A DNA stretch of 64,000 bases. It comes from Planctomycetota bacterium (GTDB lineage Bacteria; Planctomycetota; JAJSAM01; JAJVHW01). Where the stretch lies: the NCBI GenBank assembly GCA_024280885.1, contig JAJRPF010000020.1, positions 24,697 through 88,696 of the forward strand. The letters run 5' to 3'. Positions within the stretch are counted from its first letter, which is position 1, and each line of letters starts with the position of its first letter. Below, piece by piece: positions 39,708 through 48,830 of this stretch. The notes below the pieces were generated by a model. It was not told the DNA's origin. It worked only from the letters and a program-made list of their open reading frames with translations, and did no database searches. The translations under genes were made by a program, and so were the position numbers.

Positions 39708-40608
39708 GTGATCTCCTCCGTGATGGGGCAAGCACCCCGCGTAGTCGGAGCCGCCCGTGTGAACGGAGGATGAAAGGCAACGCTCGTGCCAAATGCGCCA
39801 GGCTCGCCGCGAGCCGCCAGCCCGTAGCACCCGCGTCGCAGCCGCCGTAGCACCCACGTCGCAACGCCGTCGCAGCGACAACTCGGGCGCGTCCACGGGC
39901 GCGACCGTCCGACTCCTTCGCCTGGCCGTCACTGATCCTTGCGCGAAGTGGACGCCCTCCCCGGCGATGCCCCGTCCGAGGGCTACCGCACGCGCCGGAA
40001 TCGGCGAGTTCCTGAAGGAGCTGAATTCCACCCCCGGGCGCTCGACCGGGATGACAAGATCCTGAGATCGATGGCGACCGCCGGTTCTCCGTGGTTCGCG
40101 TTTCGATTGATCAGCGGGCGACCGCGGGCCGGGCTGCGCACGTGGTCACCCCCCAAGTCACCCCCATGTGACCCCCCATGTCGAACGTCGATCGAAGGAG
40201 TCCGAGCCGGCGAGGGGCCGCCCGGCCGGTTGGCTACGGCGTCGCGCTCGGCCCGCGGCTCGACGGGGACCGCGGGGCGACTTCGAGAGAACGGCCCGCC
40301 GTCCCCGGTCGGCGGCGGAGCAACGACGTCGCCAGCAGGAGCCAGGTCGCCCGCCGACGCCCGGGTACGATCCGAGCCCCGAGGCTCTCTCCACGATCGA
40401 CGCCGCGCTCCGTGCTTGGTCTGCTGTGGAGTGGCGAGTCCTCTTGTCCGAGCCGGGTGGACCGCCCTGACCGAGACTCGATCCAAGAAACCGTCTGCTC
40501 GGACGACGCGACGCGACGTGACGTATCTCGGGGGCCCGTGTCACGACTGCGGACGGCCGGGTCATCAGCCTGGTCGGAGGCCTACGACGCCGAACGCCGC
40601 ACTACGCT

Positions 40609-41742
40609 TCAGAAGGACTGGATGAAGGCTACCGCGCCGTAGAGGTAGCCGGCGCCGATGGCAGTCAGGACGACGAGGTCGCCCTTCTCGATTGGGCGTC
40701 CGCAGGGCTCGATGCGGCCCATCTCGCGGACGCCGTCGGGTGGGGGGACGCGGCGCATGTTGCCTTCGCGGACGCCGTGGTCGTAGGTGAGCAGGTTCGA
40801 TGCGGCCGACGTGTTTCCGTAGAGGTACACGGTGCGATAGACCTGGTCCGCTTCGAGCCCTAGCTTGGACTGGAGGCCGTCCACGATGCGTCCGTTCGCC
40901 TGATGCGGGATGAGGCGCACTCGGTTCAGCAGCGCGCGCAGTTCCGGATTGTTCTGTTTCAGGTCCGCCGCTTCGAACCCGAGGGACTCGACGACCGCGA
41001 CGGCCATGCGATTCACGGCGTTGCGTAGAACGCGCGGACCGCCGACCATCGTGATGAACGTGCGGTCCTGATCGCGGGGCTGGTCAGCCTTCTGCGTGAG
41101 GTTGTCGGGCGCGTTGCCGTTCCACATCCGGATCGTGTCGTCGGCGTACTCGGTTCGGAGAATGCTCCGCCCGAAGAAGCCGGTGTCCTCGGTGTCGTCC
41201 TTCTGGCCGACGATGACTGCCCCCGCGCCGTCGCCGAAGAGGATGGCGGTCAGCGGGTCGGCGAAGTCGATCGCGCGGGTGATGCACTCGGCGCCGATGA
41301 CGAGGACGTTGCGGCATTGGCCGGACGCGACGAGTGAGCGGCCCATCGTGATGCCCCAGAGCGAGCCGGAACAGGCCGCTGTGAGGATGAACGACCCGCA
41401 CTTGAGGCCCAGTTCCTGGACCAGCCACGCGTGAACGCCCGGGTAGAGATCGTTGAACGTGAACGAGCAGAGAATGAGGTGGTCGATCTCGCTGGGGTCC
41501 ACGCCGGACGCCTCGATCGCCTTCTTGCAGGCTTCTAGACTCAGGACCCGTACGCCGTCCTCGCCGGGGTCGGAATAGCGGCGCTCCTGGATGTGTGTGA
41601 CGCGATCGACCCAGGTGGCGAATTCGTCGGGCTCGCCGTCATAGCCCGTGACCAGGTCGCGCAGGTCTTCGTTGGTGACGCGACGTTCGGGAACGGCGGC
41701 GCCGATCCCCAGGATGGCCACGGAGCGGTCGAGTTCGGTCAT
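40609..41742 (-). CDS. 3-oxoacyl-ACP synthase III (FabH/KAS III)-like condensing enzyme
   Basis: 377 aa. Active-site Cys in LTAACSGSLWG, His in IPHQANGRI, Asn in YGNTSAASN, and a C-terminal GAGYLYGA. ATG as cat at 41740-41742. The 866-aa track ORF is a spurious upstream extension. Confidence 0.85.
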   Translation of the reverse strand: MTELDRSVAILGIGAAVPERRVTNEDLRDLVTGYDGEPDEFATWVDRVTHIQERRYSDPGEDGVRVLSLEACKKAIEASGVDPSEIDHLILCSFTFNDLYPGVHAWLVQELGLKCGSFILTAACSGSLWGITMGRSLVASGQCRNVLVIGAECITRAIDFADPLTAILFGDGAGAVIVGQKDDTEDTGFFGRSILRTEYADDTIRMWNGNAPDNLTQKADQPRDQDRTFITMVGGPRVLRNAVNRMAVAVVESLGFEAADLKQNNPELRALLNRVRLIPHQANGRIVDGLQSKLGLEADQVYRTVYLYGNTSAASNLLTYDHGVREGNMRRVPPPDGVREMGRIEPCGRPIEKGDLVVLTAIGAGYLYGAVAFIQSF

Positions 41743-41883
41743 CCGGGGATGGTAGCCATCCGGCTCACCAGAGGTGCGGCCAGAATCACCCGCGGACTTC
41801 GCGAATGCCCCTGCCGCTGCTCCACCCCAGCCGCCTGCAGCACCGGCACCGCGGTGTCGCCGCGTGAGCGTAGCCTCGGGGCG

Positions 41884-44800
41884 ATGTCGCGGATGCTCCT
41901 GGTGGGTCGCTCGGGCTCGGGGAAGACGTCCCGGGTTGTGGCCGAGGTGCGTCAACTCCTCGATCGTCACGACGCCCAGGGGCACTTCGAGCGCTTCCAG
42001 GTCATCGTCCCGACGTACTCGCAGGCGGAGCACCTGAAGCGACGGCTGCTCCGGTGGCGCGGAGTCGCGGGCGAGCCCGCCGCGGGTGGGGGCCTCGATG
42101 CGCTTCTCGACCGCGGGATCGGGACGTTCGAGCAGTTCGCGGAGCGCGAGACCGGGGAGCGTCTGCACGCGCTGGCCCCCGCGCCCGTCCAGGACGCGCT
42201 CGCTCTGCAGGCGCTCGAGGACGACGACTTCCCCGACTTCCGCGAGGTGCGGCGCTTCCCCGGCTTCCGGCGCGCGGCGCTGCGTTTCGTGAAGGAGATT
42301 AAGTCGGGCGAGCCGGAGCCCGGCGAGGGTGCTGTGGCCGCCGCCGCCGAGCGCCTGGCGGCCGCGTCGGAGGGGCTCCCCGGCGCGCGCGGGCGCAAAC
42401 TGCTCGGATTGGCGCGGATGTTGGCGGCGTATCAGGTCCGTCTCTCCGCAGCCGGACTCTTCGACCACGAGGATCTGCTGCGGCGCCTGCTCCTGCGCCT
42501 GCGCGATCGTCCTCCGGAGGAACTGCGTTTCTTTGCGCTCGATGGCTTCACCGATCTCACCCAGGTGCAGGAGCGCATCGTGCAGATCGTGGCGGGCAGT
42601 GCGGATCGCGCGCTCGTCACGTTGCTCGGCGACCACGGCGGCGATCGCGAGGGGCCGTTCGCCGCCTCGGCGGGACTGCTCGGTCGTCTGATGTCGGCCT
42701 CCGGCTTTGGGTTGCAAGCGCTGGGGCCCCCGCGGCGCTTCGCGGGTGACCTGCTGCGTGTCGAAGAGCGCGCATCCGGCGCCGAGTTGGTGCCTCGGCC
42801 GATGGGCGAGGCCGTGCGCTTCGTCGCGGGCGCCGACGCCTTCGACGAGGCCGATCGTGTGGCGCGGATTTGCCTCGGGTGGTCGATGGAGGGCGTCGCG
42901 CGCAGCGAGATCCTCGTCGTCGTGCGGCGGCTCGACTCGGAGACGGGCGAGCGCGTTCTCGACGCCCTGCGACGCCACGGCGTGCCGCACCGACGGGCCG
43001 GCGGAGCGCCGCTGCTCGGCGTGCCGGCGGCGCGTACGGCGTTGCGCGTGCTGCGCCTGCTCTCTCGCGCCGACGCGGCGGGCGAGGTCCTCGACCTGAT
43101 CCGCTGCGGCGCTGCGCGCGGCGTTGCGGACGGTGAGGCCGACAGACTCTTTGCCGAGGCACGACCAGCGGGCATTTCGAGCCCCGACGAATTGCGGCGA
43201 TGCGCGCACGAGTTGGGTCTGCGCGGGGCGACGGCCTGGCTCGACGCCCTCGCGGACGCGCGTCTGCCGCCGGACCCGGCGACGCCGGTCGGCATTGCGC
43301 GCGCGCTGCTCTCGGCGCTGCCGACGCTCGTGACGTGGTCGTACGAGGGCGAGGTGCCCGGAGAACTCGCCGAGCGTGCGGCGACCGACGCAGCTGCCAT
43401 GCGGCGTGTCCGCGATCTACTCGCGCAGGTCGTCCGTGCCCTGGGAGCGACCGGCCGCTCCGAGGTGCCGCCGCGCACGGTGATGGCCGGGCTCGATGCG
43501 GCGGCTTCCGACGCGCGCTGCGCCGCGCGCGACCAGCGCGTAGACGTCGTCAATGTCGTGGACGCCGAGGAGGCGCGGCAGTGGGAGGCCGAAGCGGTCG
43601 TCGTGGCCGGGCTGCGCATGGGGGAGTTCCCCTCGGGCGTGCGCGAGGATCTCTTCGTCGCAGACCACGATCGCAAGGACATCGAGAAGACGTGCGGTGT
43701 GCGTCTGCCTGCGCGGATGGACGAGGCGCTGCGACGCGAGCGGCTCCTCTTCTATGCGGCGGTGACACGCGCGCGCTCCCGGCTCGTGCTCACGCGTCCG
43801 CTGGTGGGGAACAACGGCGATGCCGTGATGCCTTCGCCGTTCCTCGAAGCGCTCCACGAACTCGTGCCCGACGGTGAGCGCGTCGACGACGGCGCGGGCC
43901 GGACTCCGGGCGACGTGCGTCCGGCAGCGGGCGAGACCGTCGCGATCTCGGACCTGCAGCGCACCGCGCTCTCTGTGCTGGCCGAGCGGCACGTGAGGGG
44001 GGGCGAGGGCGAGCATCGAGCGCGGATCGGGATCGATCTCGTCCGCACCATGCTGACCGGTTGCGGCGAGACGAGTGAGGGGGCGACAACCTCCGGGATG
44101 GCGCGGGTCTCCGGGATGGCGTCAGCCGACGTGTGGGTGCTCCTGCGGGCCGCCGACGTTCGATTGCGTCCGGGCGAAGAGGCGCGACTCGCGACCGAGG
44201 GTCCTGCGGCGGCGCACATGGCGCGGGCGCGGCGGCGTTCCGCCTCGTCGCTGGCCGCGTTCGGGCAATGCGCCTACAAGCACTTCGCGGGGAAGGGGCT
44301 CGGCCTGCGCTCACCGGAGCACTCCCCCGAGGACGGTCTCGATCCACTGCGGCAAGGAACCATCGCGCACGCCGCGTTGCAGAGCGCATTCGAGGACGGC
44401 GCGCGGACCGAGAGCGAGGTTGGCGAGGCGTTCGATGCCGTGTGGCTGCGTGAGACCGAGCGCGTGCGTCCGGGGCTCTCCGTCGAGCGCGCGCGCGCCG
44501 CGCTCCGGCGTGCGGTCGTGCAACTTGTCGTCACGCATGCCGATGCCTCGCTCGTGGCGGGTTTCGAGCCGGTGCGTTTCTAGTGGGGGTTCGGGATGGG
44601 GGCCGCGGAGCCGGTCGTCATCGAAGTGGGCGACGTGCACGTCGAGTTGCGTGGTGCGGTCGATCGGATTGACGAGGACGGCGCCGGGCGCGCGGTCGTC
44701 ATCGACTACAAGTGGTCGAAGAAAAGCAGCTTCTCGAAGCTCGACGACCGCATCGCGACGGGTGTCGATTTGCAACTCCCGCTCTATGCGCTCGCAGTCG

Positions 44801-45108
44801 AGCAACGCCTCTCGCGGCGCGTGATCGCAGCCGGGTACCTGACGCTCAAGGACTCGGGTGAGCGCTGGCTGCGACTTTCCCCCGAAGCGCCGGGAGGTCG
44901 CTACGACGTCAACTGGGAGGACGATCGCGACGAACGGATGGCGGCCTTCCAGAAACTCGTCGTTGCCCGCGACGCGGACATCCGCAGCGGCCGGATCGAC
45001 ATCGCTCCCCTCGACCGCAACAAGTGCGCGTTCTGCGACTTCGCGGACCTCTGCCGCATCGCCGAGGTGCCCCGAGTGAGTGTGCCCCGAGTGAGTGTGC
45101 CCAAGTGA
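41884..45108 (+). pseudogene. addB: AddB-type helicase-nuclease subunit (PD-(D/E)xK plus Cys cluster), interrupted by one in-frame TAG at 44581-44583
   Basis: N-terminal MLLVGRSGSGKT Walker A as in AddB. The two track ORFs 41593..44583 and 44596..45108 are in the same frame, separated only by ttc TAG tgg. The upstream part ends with CAYKHF (first Cys). The downstream part carries DRIDEDG...VVIDYKWSK (nuclease motifs II/III) and CAFCDFADLC. Confidence 0.7.
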
Positions 45109-48100
45109 GCGTGCAACTGAACGCTGCACAGCGAGCTGCGGTGGTCGCGCGGGGCGTGGACATCTGCGTCGAGGCGGGCGCCGGAACCGGCAAGACACGC
45201 GTCCTGACCGAGCGCGTCGTCGGTCTGGTGACCGAAGACGGCCACGACCTTGGGCAGATTCTCGCGATCACGTTCACGACGAAGGCGGCGCAGGAGATGA
45301 AGGTACGCCTGGCGGACGCACTTCTCGCGCGCGGCGTCACGACGGCCCGCGAGGACGTCGAGTCGGCGCCGATCTCGACCATTCACGCGTTCTGTGCGCG
45401 GCTCCTGCGCGACCATGCCGTCGAGGCGCACGTCGATCCCGGCTTCGTCGTGATGGACGAGCGCCAGGCCGATCGTGCGCTGCGCGAGGCGCTCGCGGCG
45501 CTCGTCGCGGAGCTCGCGCGCGACACACCGGAGGTGCTCACGCAACTGGCGACGTTGCCGGGCACCGATCCCGACCAGACATTGCTCGATCTCTACACGG
45601 CAGCCCGCGACAGCCTCTATTCGGTGGGCGAGTTCATCCGCCGCGTCCCCGAGGGCCCGTCGGTGAGCGACGTGCTGGCTGACGTGCGGGATGCGGTGCG
45701 CGACGTCTCGGCCGCGCGCGCGGGGGCGTCTGCGGCGTGGCAGAAGAAGGTCGATGCCGCGCTCCTGGCCGCGCGGGCTCTCCCCGCCGCGGTCCCCGCG
45801 GTCCCCGGAGGCGTCATCCCCGAACTTGCTGGCGCCGAACTCGACGCGGCGGCGTTGGCCGTCTCTGTCCTGGGGCGCAGCTTCCGCCTTCACGGCGGCG
45901 ACAGCGCGCAGAAGGAGGCGATGAGCACGCTTCGCGACGCGTGTGATGCGGCGTGCGCTGTGCTCGCATCGGTGTGTCAGCGCCCGCTCCGCGAGCAACT
46001 CGCGCGCGTGCTCGAACGGTTGGAAGTACTGCACGGCGATGCCAAGGGCGGTGGTGCTGCCCTCGACTTCGCCGATCTGGAGCGTCGCGCGCTCGGCCTC
46101 CTGGAGAGCCGCGAGGACGTTTGCGAGGCGGTGCGCGCACGGCACGCCGAAGTGCTCGTCGACGAGTTCCAGGACACGAGCCCGGTGCAGGCGCGCCTTC
46201 TCGACTGTGTCTCGCGGCCGGGCGCGCTCTTCGTGGTGGGGGACCCGAAGCAGTCGATCTACGGCTTCCGCGGCGCGGACGTGGACGTCTTCCTCGAACG
46301 TCTGGAGAAGACGGCGGCGCGGGCACCGGAGGGCGGGCTGGTGGTGCGTCTCGACGAATCGTATCGCGCGCGTCCGGCCGTGACCGCCTTCGTCAACCAT
46401 GTGTTCAGGGATGGGCTGTCCCGTGCAGACGCCGACGCGGGCGTCCGTGGTGTTCCCTACGCGCCGCTACGAGCGCCGCGCGCCTTCGCGCCGGTTGAGA
46501 GTCCCGAGATCGAGGTCTTTCAATGCGCGTGCGACAACGCGCTCGCCGGACGCGAGGCCGAGGCCGCGTGGATCGCCGAGCGCATCGTCGCACTGGTCGC
46601 GGGAAAGGAACCGCTACGGCTCGCTGCGCCGAGCGATGCGGATCCGCTCGCCACGCGGGCGGCGGAGTTCGGCGACGTCGCGATCCTCTTGCGCGCGACC
46701 ACCAACGTGAAGCTCCTCGAGCGGGAACTCACGGCGCGCGACGTGCCCTATCTCGTCGTCAAGGGGCGCGGCTTCTACGAGGCCGTCGAGATCGTGGACC
46801 TGGGCAATCTGCTCGCGTGCGTAGACGATCCCACCGACGACGTGCGCCTGGCCGCGGTGCTCCGTTCGCCGTGTTGCGGGATCTCCGACGACGGGCTCTT
46901 CGCGCTCACGTCTCTGCGCGGTAGGCGACTCCTCGTGGATGCGTTCCGCAGAGCCGCCGCGAAGGGACCGGATGATCCCGAGTTGGGGCTGTCCGCAGGA
47001 GACGCGCTTCGGCTACAGGAATTCTGGGGACACTTCGCCGCCCTGCGCGCGGAGCGATCACGTGAACCACTCGCGATCTTGGTCGATCACGCGCTCTCGA
47101 GGACGCGCCTCGACGTGCTGGTTCTCGCGCGTCCGAACGGACGCCAGCGCGCTGCGAACTTGCGCAAGGCGCGCGAACTGGCGATCGCCGCCGATCGCGC
47201 CGGCGACATCGGGCTCCGCGAGTTCGCGGCGTCGTTGCGCGAGATGCGAGAGCGCGAGGTCCGCGAGACCGAGGCGCCCGTTGCGGGAGCGGTGCAGGGG
47301 GCCGTCAGCATCATGACGGTGCATGCGTCGAAGGGGCTGGAGTTCCCCGTCGTCGTCGTCCCCGATCTCGCCCGCGAGGAGACGTCTCGTTCGGGGGCGG
47401 TCGTGAGCCACGCGATGGACGGTGTCGGGATGAAGGGCGGGCTGCCGTTCGGGCACCCACTGGCCGACGTGGCGCCGCGCGAGCACACGTGGATCAAGGC
47501 GCGCAACGCCGCTCGCGAGAGCGCCGAGGGCCAGCGGGTCCTCTACGTGGCGCTGACCCGCGCCGAGGAACGGCTGATCCTGACGTGCGCTCTGCCCTCG
47601 GGGCGCACGGCTGCGCGCCCGTGGTGGGAACGGATCGCGGCGGCGTTGCCGCAGCGGGCCGCATCCGCATCTGGCTCCGGATCCGAAGCGGGCGCGGGCG
47701 CCGAGATCGCGACCGATGTTCCGCAGGATCTGGTACTGACCGCCACTACAGGAGCGGACGACGAGGCGCCGACGCGCGTCCGACTGCACGCCGCTTCGCC
47801 GAGCAGCGAGTCGTCGGGGCCGACCCTCCACGCGTTGATGGATGGCATCGCGCGCACGCTTGCGAAGGGCCGCGTGCCTGCTCTGCCCGTGCCACCCGAG
47901 GCCGCGGCCGCCGCGGCGACGCTCGTTGCCGAGGCCGCGCGCACGGCGCCCCCGGCGGACGGCACGCTCTACGCGACCACCGTCAGCGCGCTCGTCGCGT
48001 TCGCGCGCTGCCCCGAAGAGTACCGCCGCCGCCATCTGCTCGGCATCCCCGAGAGCCTGGAGCTCGCACTCGCTCTCGACGGCGATCCGGGCAGCGAGCC

Positions 48101-48782
48101 GGGTAGCGAGCTGGGCGCACCGACCGAGCGCGCCGGGATAGACGACGAGTGGGGGTTGCCGCTCTCAATCCGGGCGAAGGGCCGCGCGGCCCACCTGGCG
48201 CTGGAGCGGCTCGCGCCCGGCTTCGAGGACGACGTCGCGACGGTTGTCGAGGCGGCACTCCGGACCGAAACCGGCGACGCGGCACCGTCGCCCGACGATG
48301 TTGCCGAGATCGCCGAATGGGTGCGCGGCTTCGCCGACGGGGATGTCGGGCGGGCGCTGCGCGGCGTTCCGCGGACGGCGGTGCGACGCGAGCAGGCGGT
48401 CCTCCTCCGCACCGGCCGCACCGTCGTGCGAGGTCAGATCGATCTGCTCTTCCACGACGCCGACGGCTGGACGATCGTCGATTACAAGGCGGGCAAGTTG
48501 AAGGCTGCCGACGATGCGTACGCATTGCAGATGCGGCTCTACTCACTCGCGCTTCGCGGCGTCACCGGCGAGGTCCCGCAGCGCACGCTGCTCTGGAGCC
48601 TGCCCGACGCTCGCGCGGTGGACGTCGCCGCGCAGGAGGACGATATTGCGGATCTCGAAGCCGGTCTGCTCGCCGCGTTCGCCCGCGCGACGGCCGTCGG
48701 CGACTACGCGCCGCCCCCCGAGCGCCCGTGCTTCAACTGCGCGTATCGGGCGAGCTGTTCGTTCTCACTCGTCGGCGTGTGA
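45105..48782 (+). CDS. addA: AddA/UvrD-like ATP-dependent helicase with a C-terminal PD-(D/E)xK nuclease domain
   Basis: LNAAQRAAVV...VEAGAGTGKTRVLTERV (UvrD motif I), ILAITFTTKAA, DEFQDTSP, VGDPKQSIYGFRGAD, VLYVALTRAEERL. C-terminal GQIDLLFHDADGWTIVDYKAGK nuclease motif and CFNCAYRASC. GTG start overlapping the addB stop; an alternative ATG is at 45024. Confidence 0.85.
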   Translation: MSVQLNAAQRAAVVARGVDICVEAGAGTGKTRVLTERVVGLVTEDGHDLGQILAITFTTKAAQEMKVRLADALLARGVTTAREDVESAPISTIHAFCARLLRDHAVEAHVDPGFVVMDERQADRALREALAALVAELARDTPEVLTQLATLPGTDPDQTLLDLYTAARDSLYSVGEFIRRVPEGPSVSDVLADVRDAVRDVSAARAGASAAWQKKVDAALLAARALPAAVPAVPGGVIPELAGAELDAAALAVSVLGRSFRLHGGDSAQKEAMSTLRDACDAACAVLASVCQRPLREQLARVLERLEVLHGDAKGGGAALDFADLERRALGLLESREDVCEAVRARHAEVLVDEFQDTSPVQARLLDCVSRPGALFVVGDPKQSIYGFRGADVDVFLERLEKTAARAPEGGLVVRLDESYRARPAVTAFVNHVFRDGLSRADADAGVRGVPYAPLRAPRAFAPVESPEIEVFQCACDNALAGREAEAAWIAERIVALVAGKEPLRLAAPSDADPLATRAAEFGDVAILLRATTNVKLLERELTARDVPYLVVKGRGFYEAVEIVDLGNLLACVDDPTDDVRLAAVLRSPCCGISDDGLFALTSLRGRRLLVDAFRRAAAKGPDDPELGLSAGDALRLQEFWGHFAALRAERSREPLAILVDHALSRTRLDVLVLARPNGRQRAANLRKARELAIAADRAGDIGLREFAASLREMREREVRETEAPVAGAVQGAVSIMTVHASKGLEFPVVVVPDLAREETSRSGAVVSHAMDGVGMKGGLPFGHPLADVAPREHTWIKARNAARESAEGQRVLYVALTRAEERLILTCALPSGRTAARPWWERIAAALPQRAASASGSGSEAGAGAEIATDVPQDLVLTATTGADDEAPTRVRLHAASPSSESSGPTLHALMDGIARTLAKGRVPALPVPPEAAAAAATLVAEAARTAPPADGTLYATTVSALVAFARCPEEYRRRHLLGIPESLELALALDGDPGSEPGSELGAPTERAGIDDEWGLPLSIRAKGRAAHLALERLAPGFEDDVATVVEAALRTETGDAAPSPDDVAEIAEWVRGFADGDVGRALRGVPRTAVRREQAVLLRTGRTVVRGQIDLLFHDADGWTIVDYKAGKLKAADDAYALQMRLYSLALRGVTGEVPQRTLLWSLPDARAVDVAAQEDDIADLEAGLLAAFARATAVGDYAPPPERPCFNCAYRASCSFSLVGV

Positions 48783-48830
48783 GGGGGAGGCGATTGGCCC
48801 CTTGACGCTCTCGGTCTTTTTCGGCACACT

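Noticed and set aside
41743-43209. An 866-aa version of the FabH-like ORF extending 1.4 kb upstream
   Set aside because: Only the last 377 aa have KAS III similarity and an ATG with coding-like composition. The extension overlaps addB on the opposite strand.
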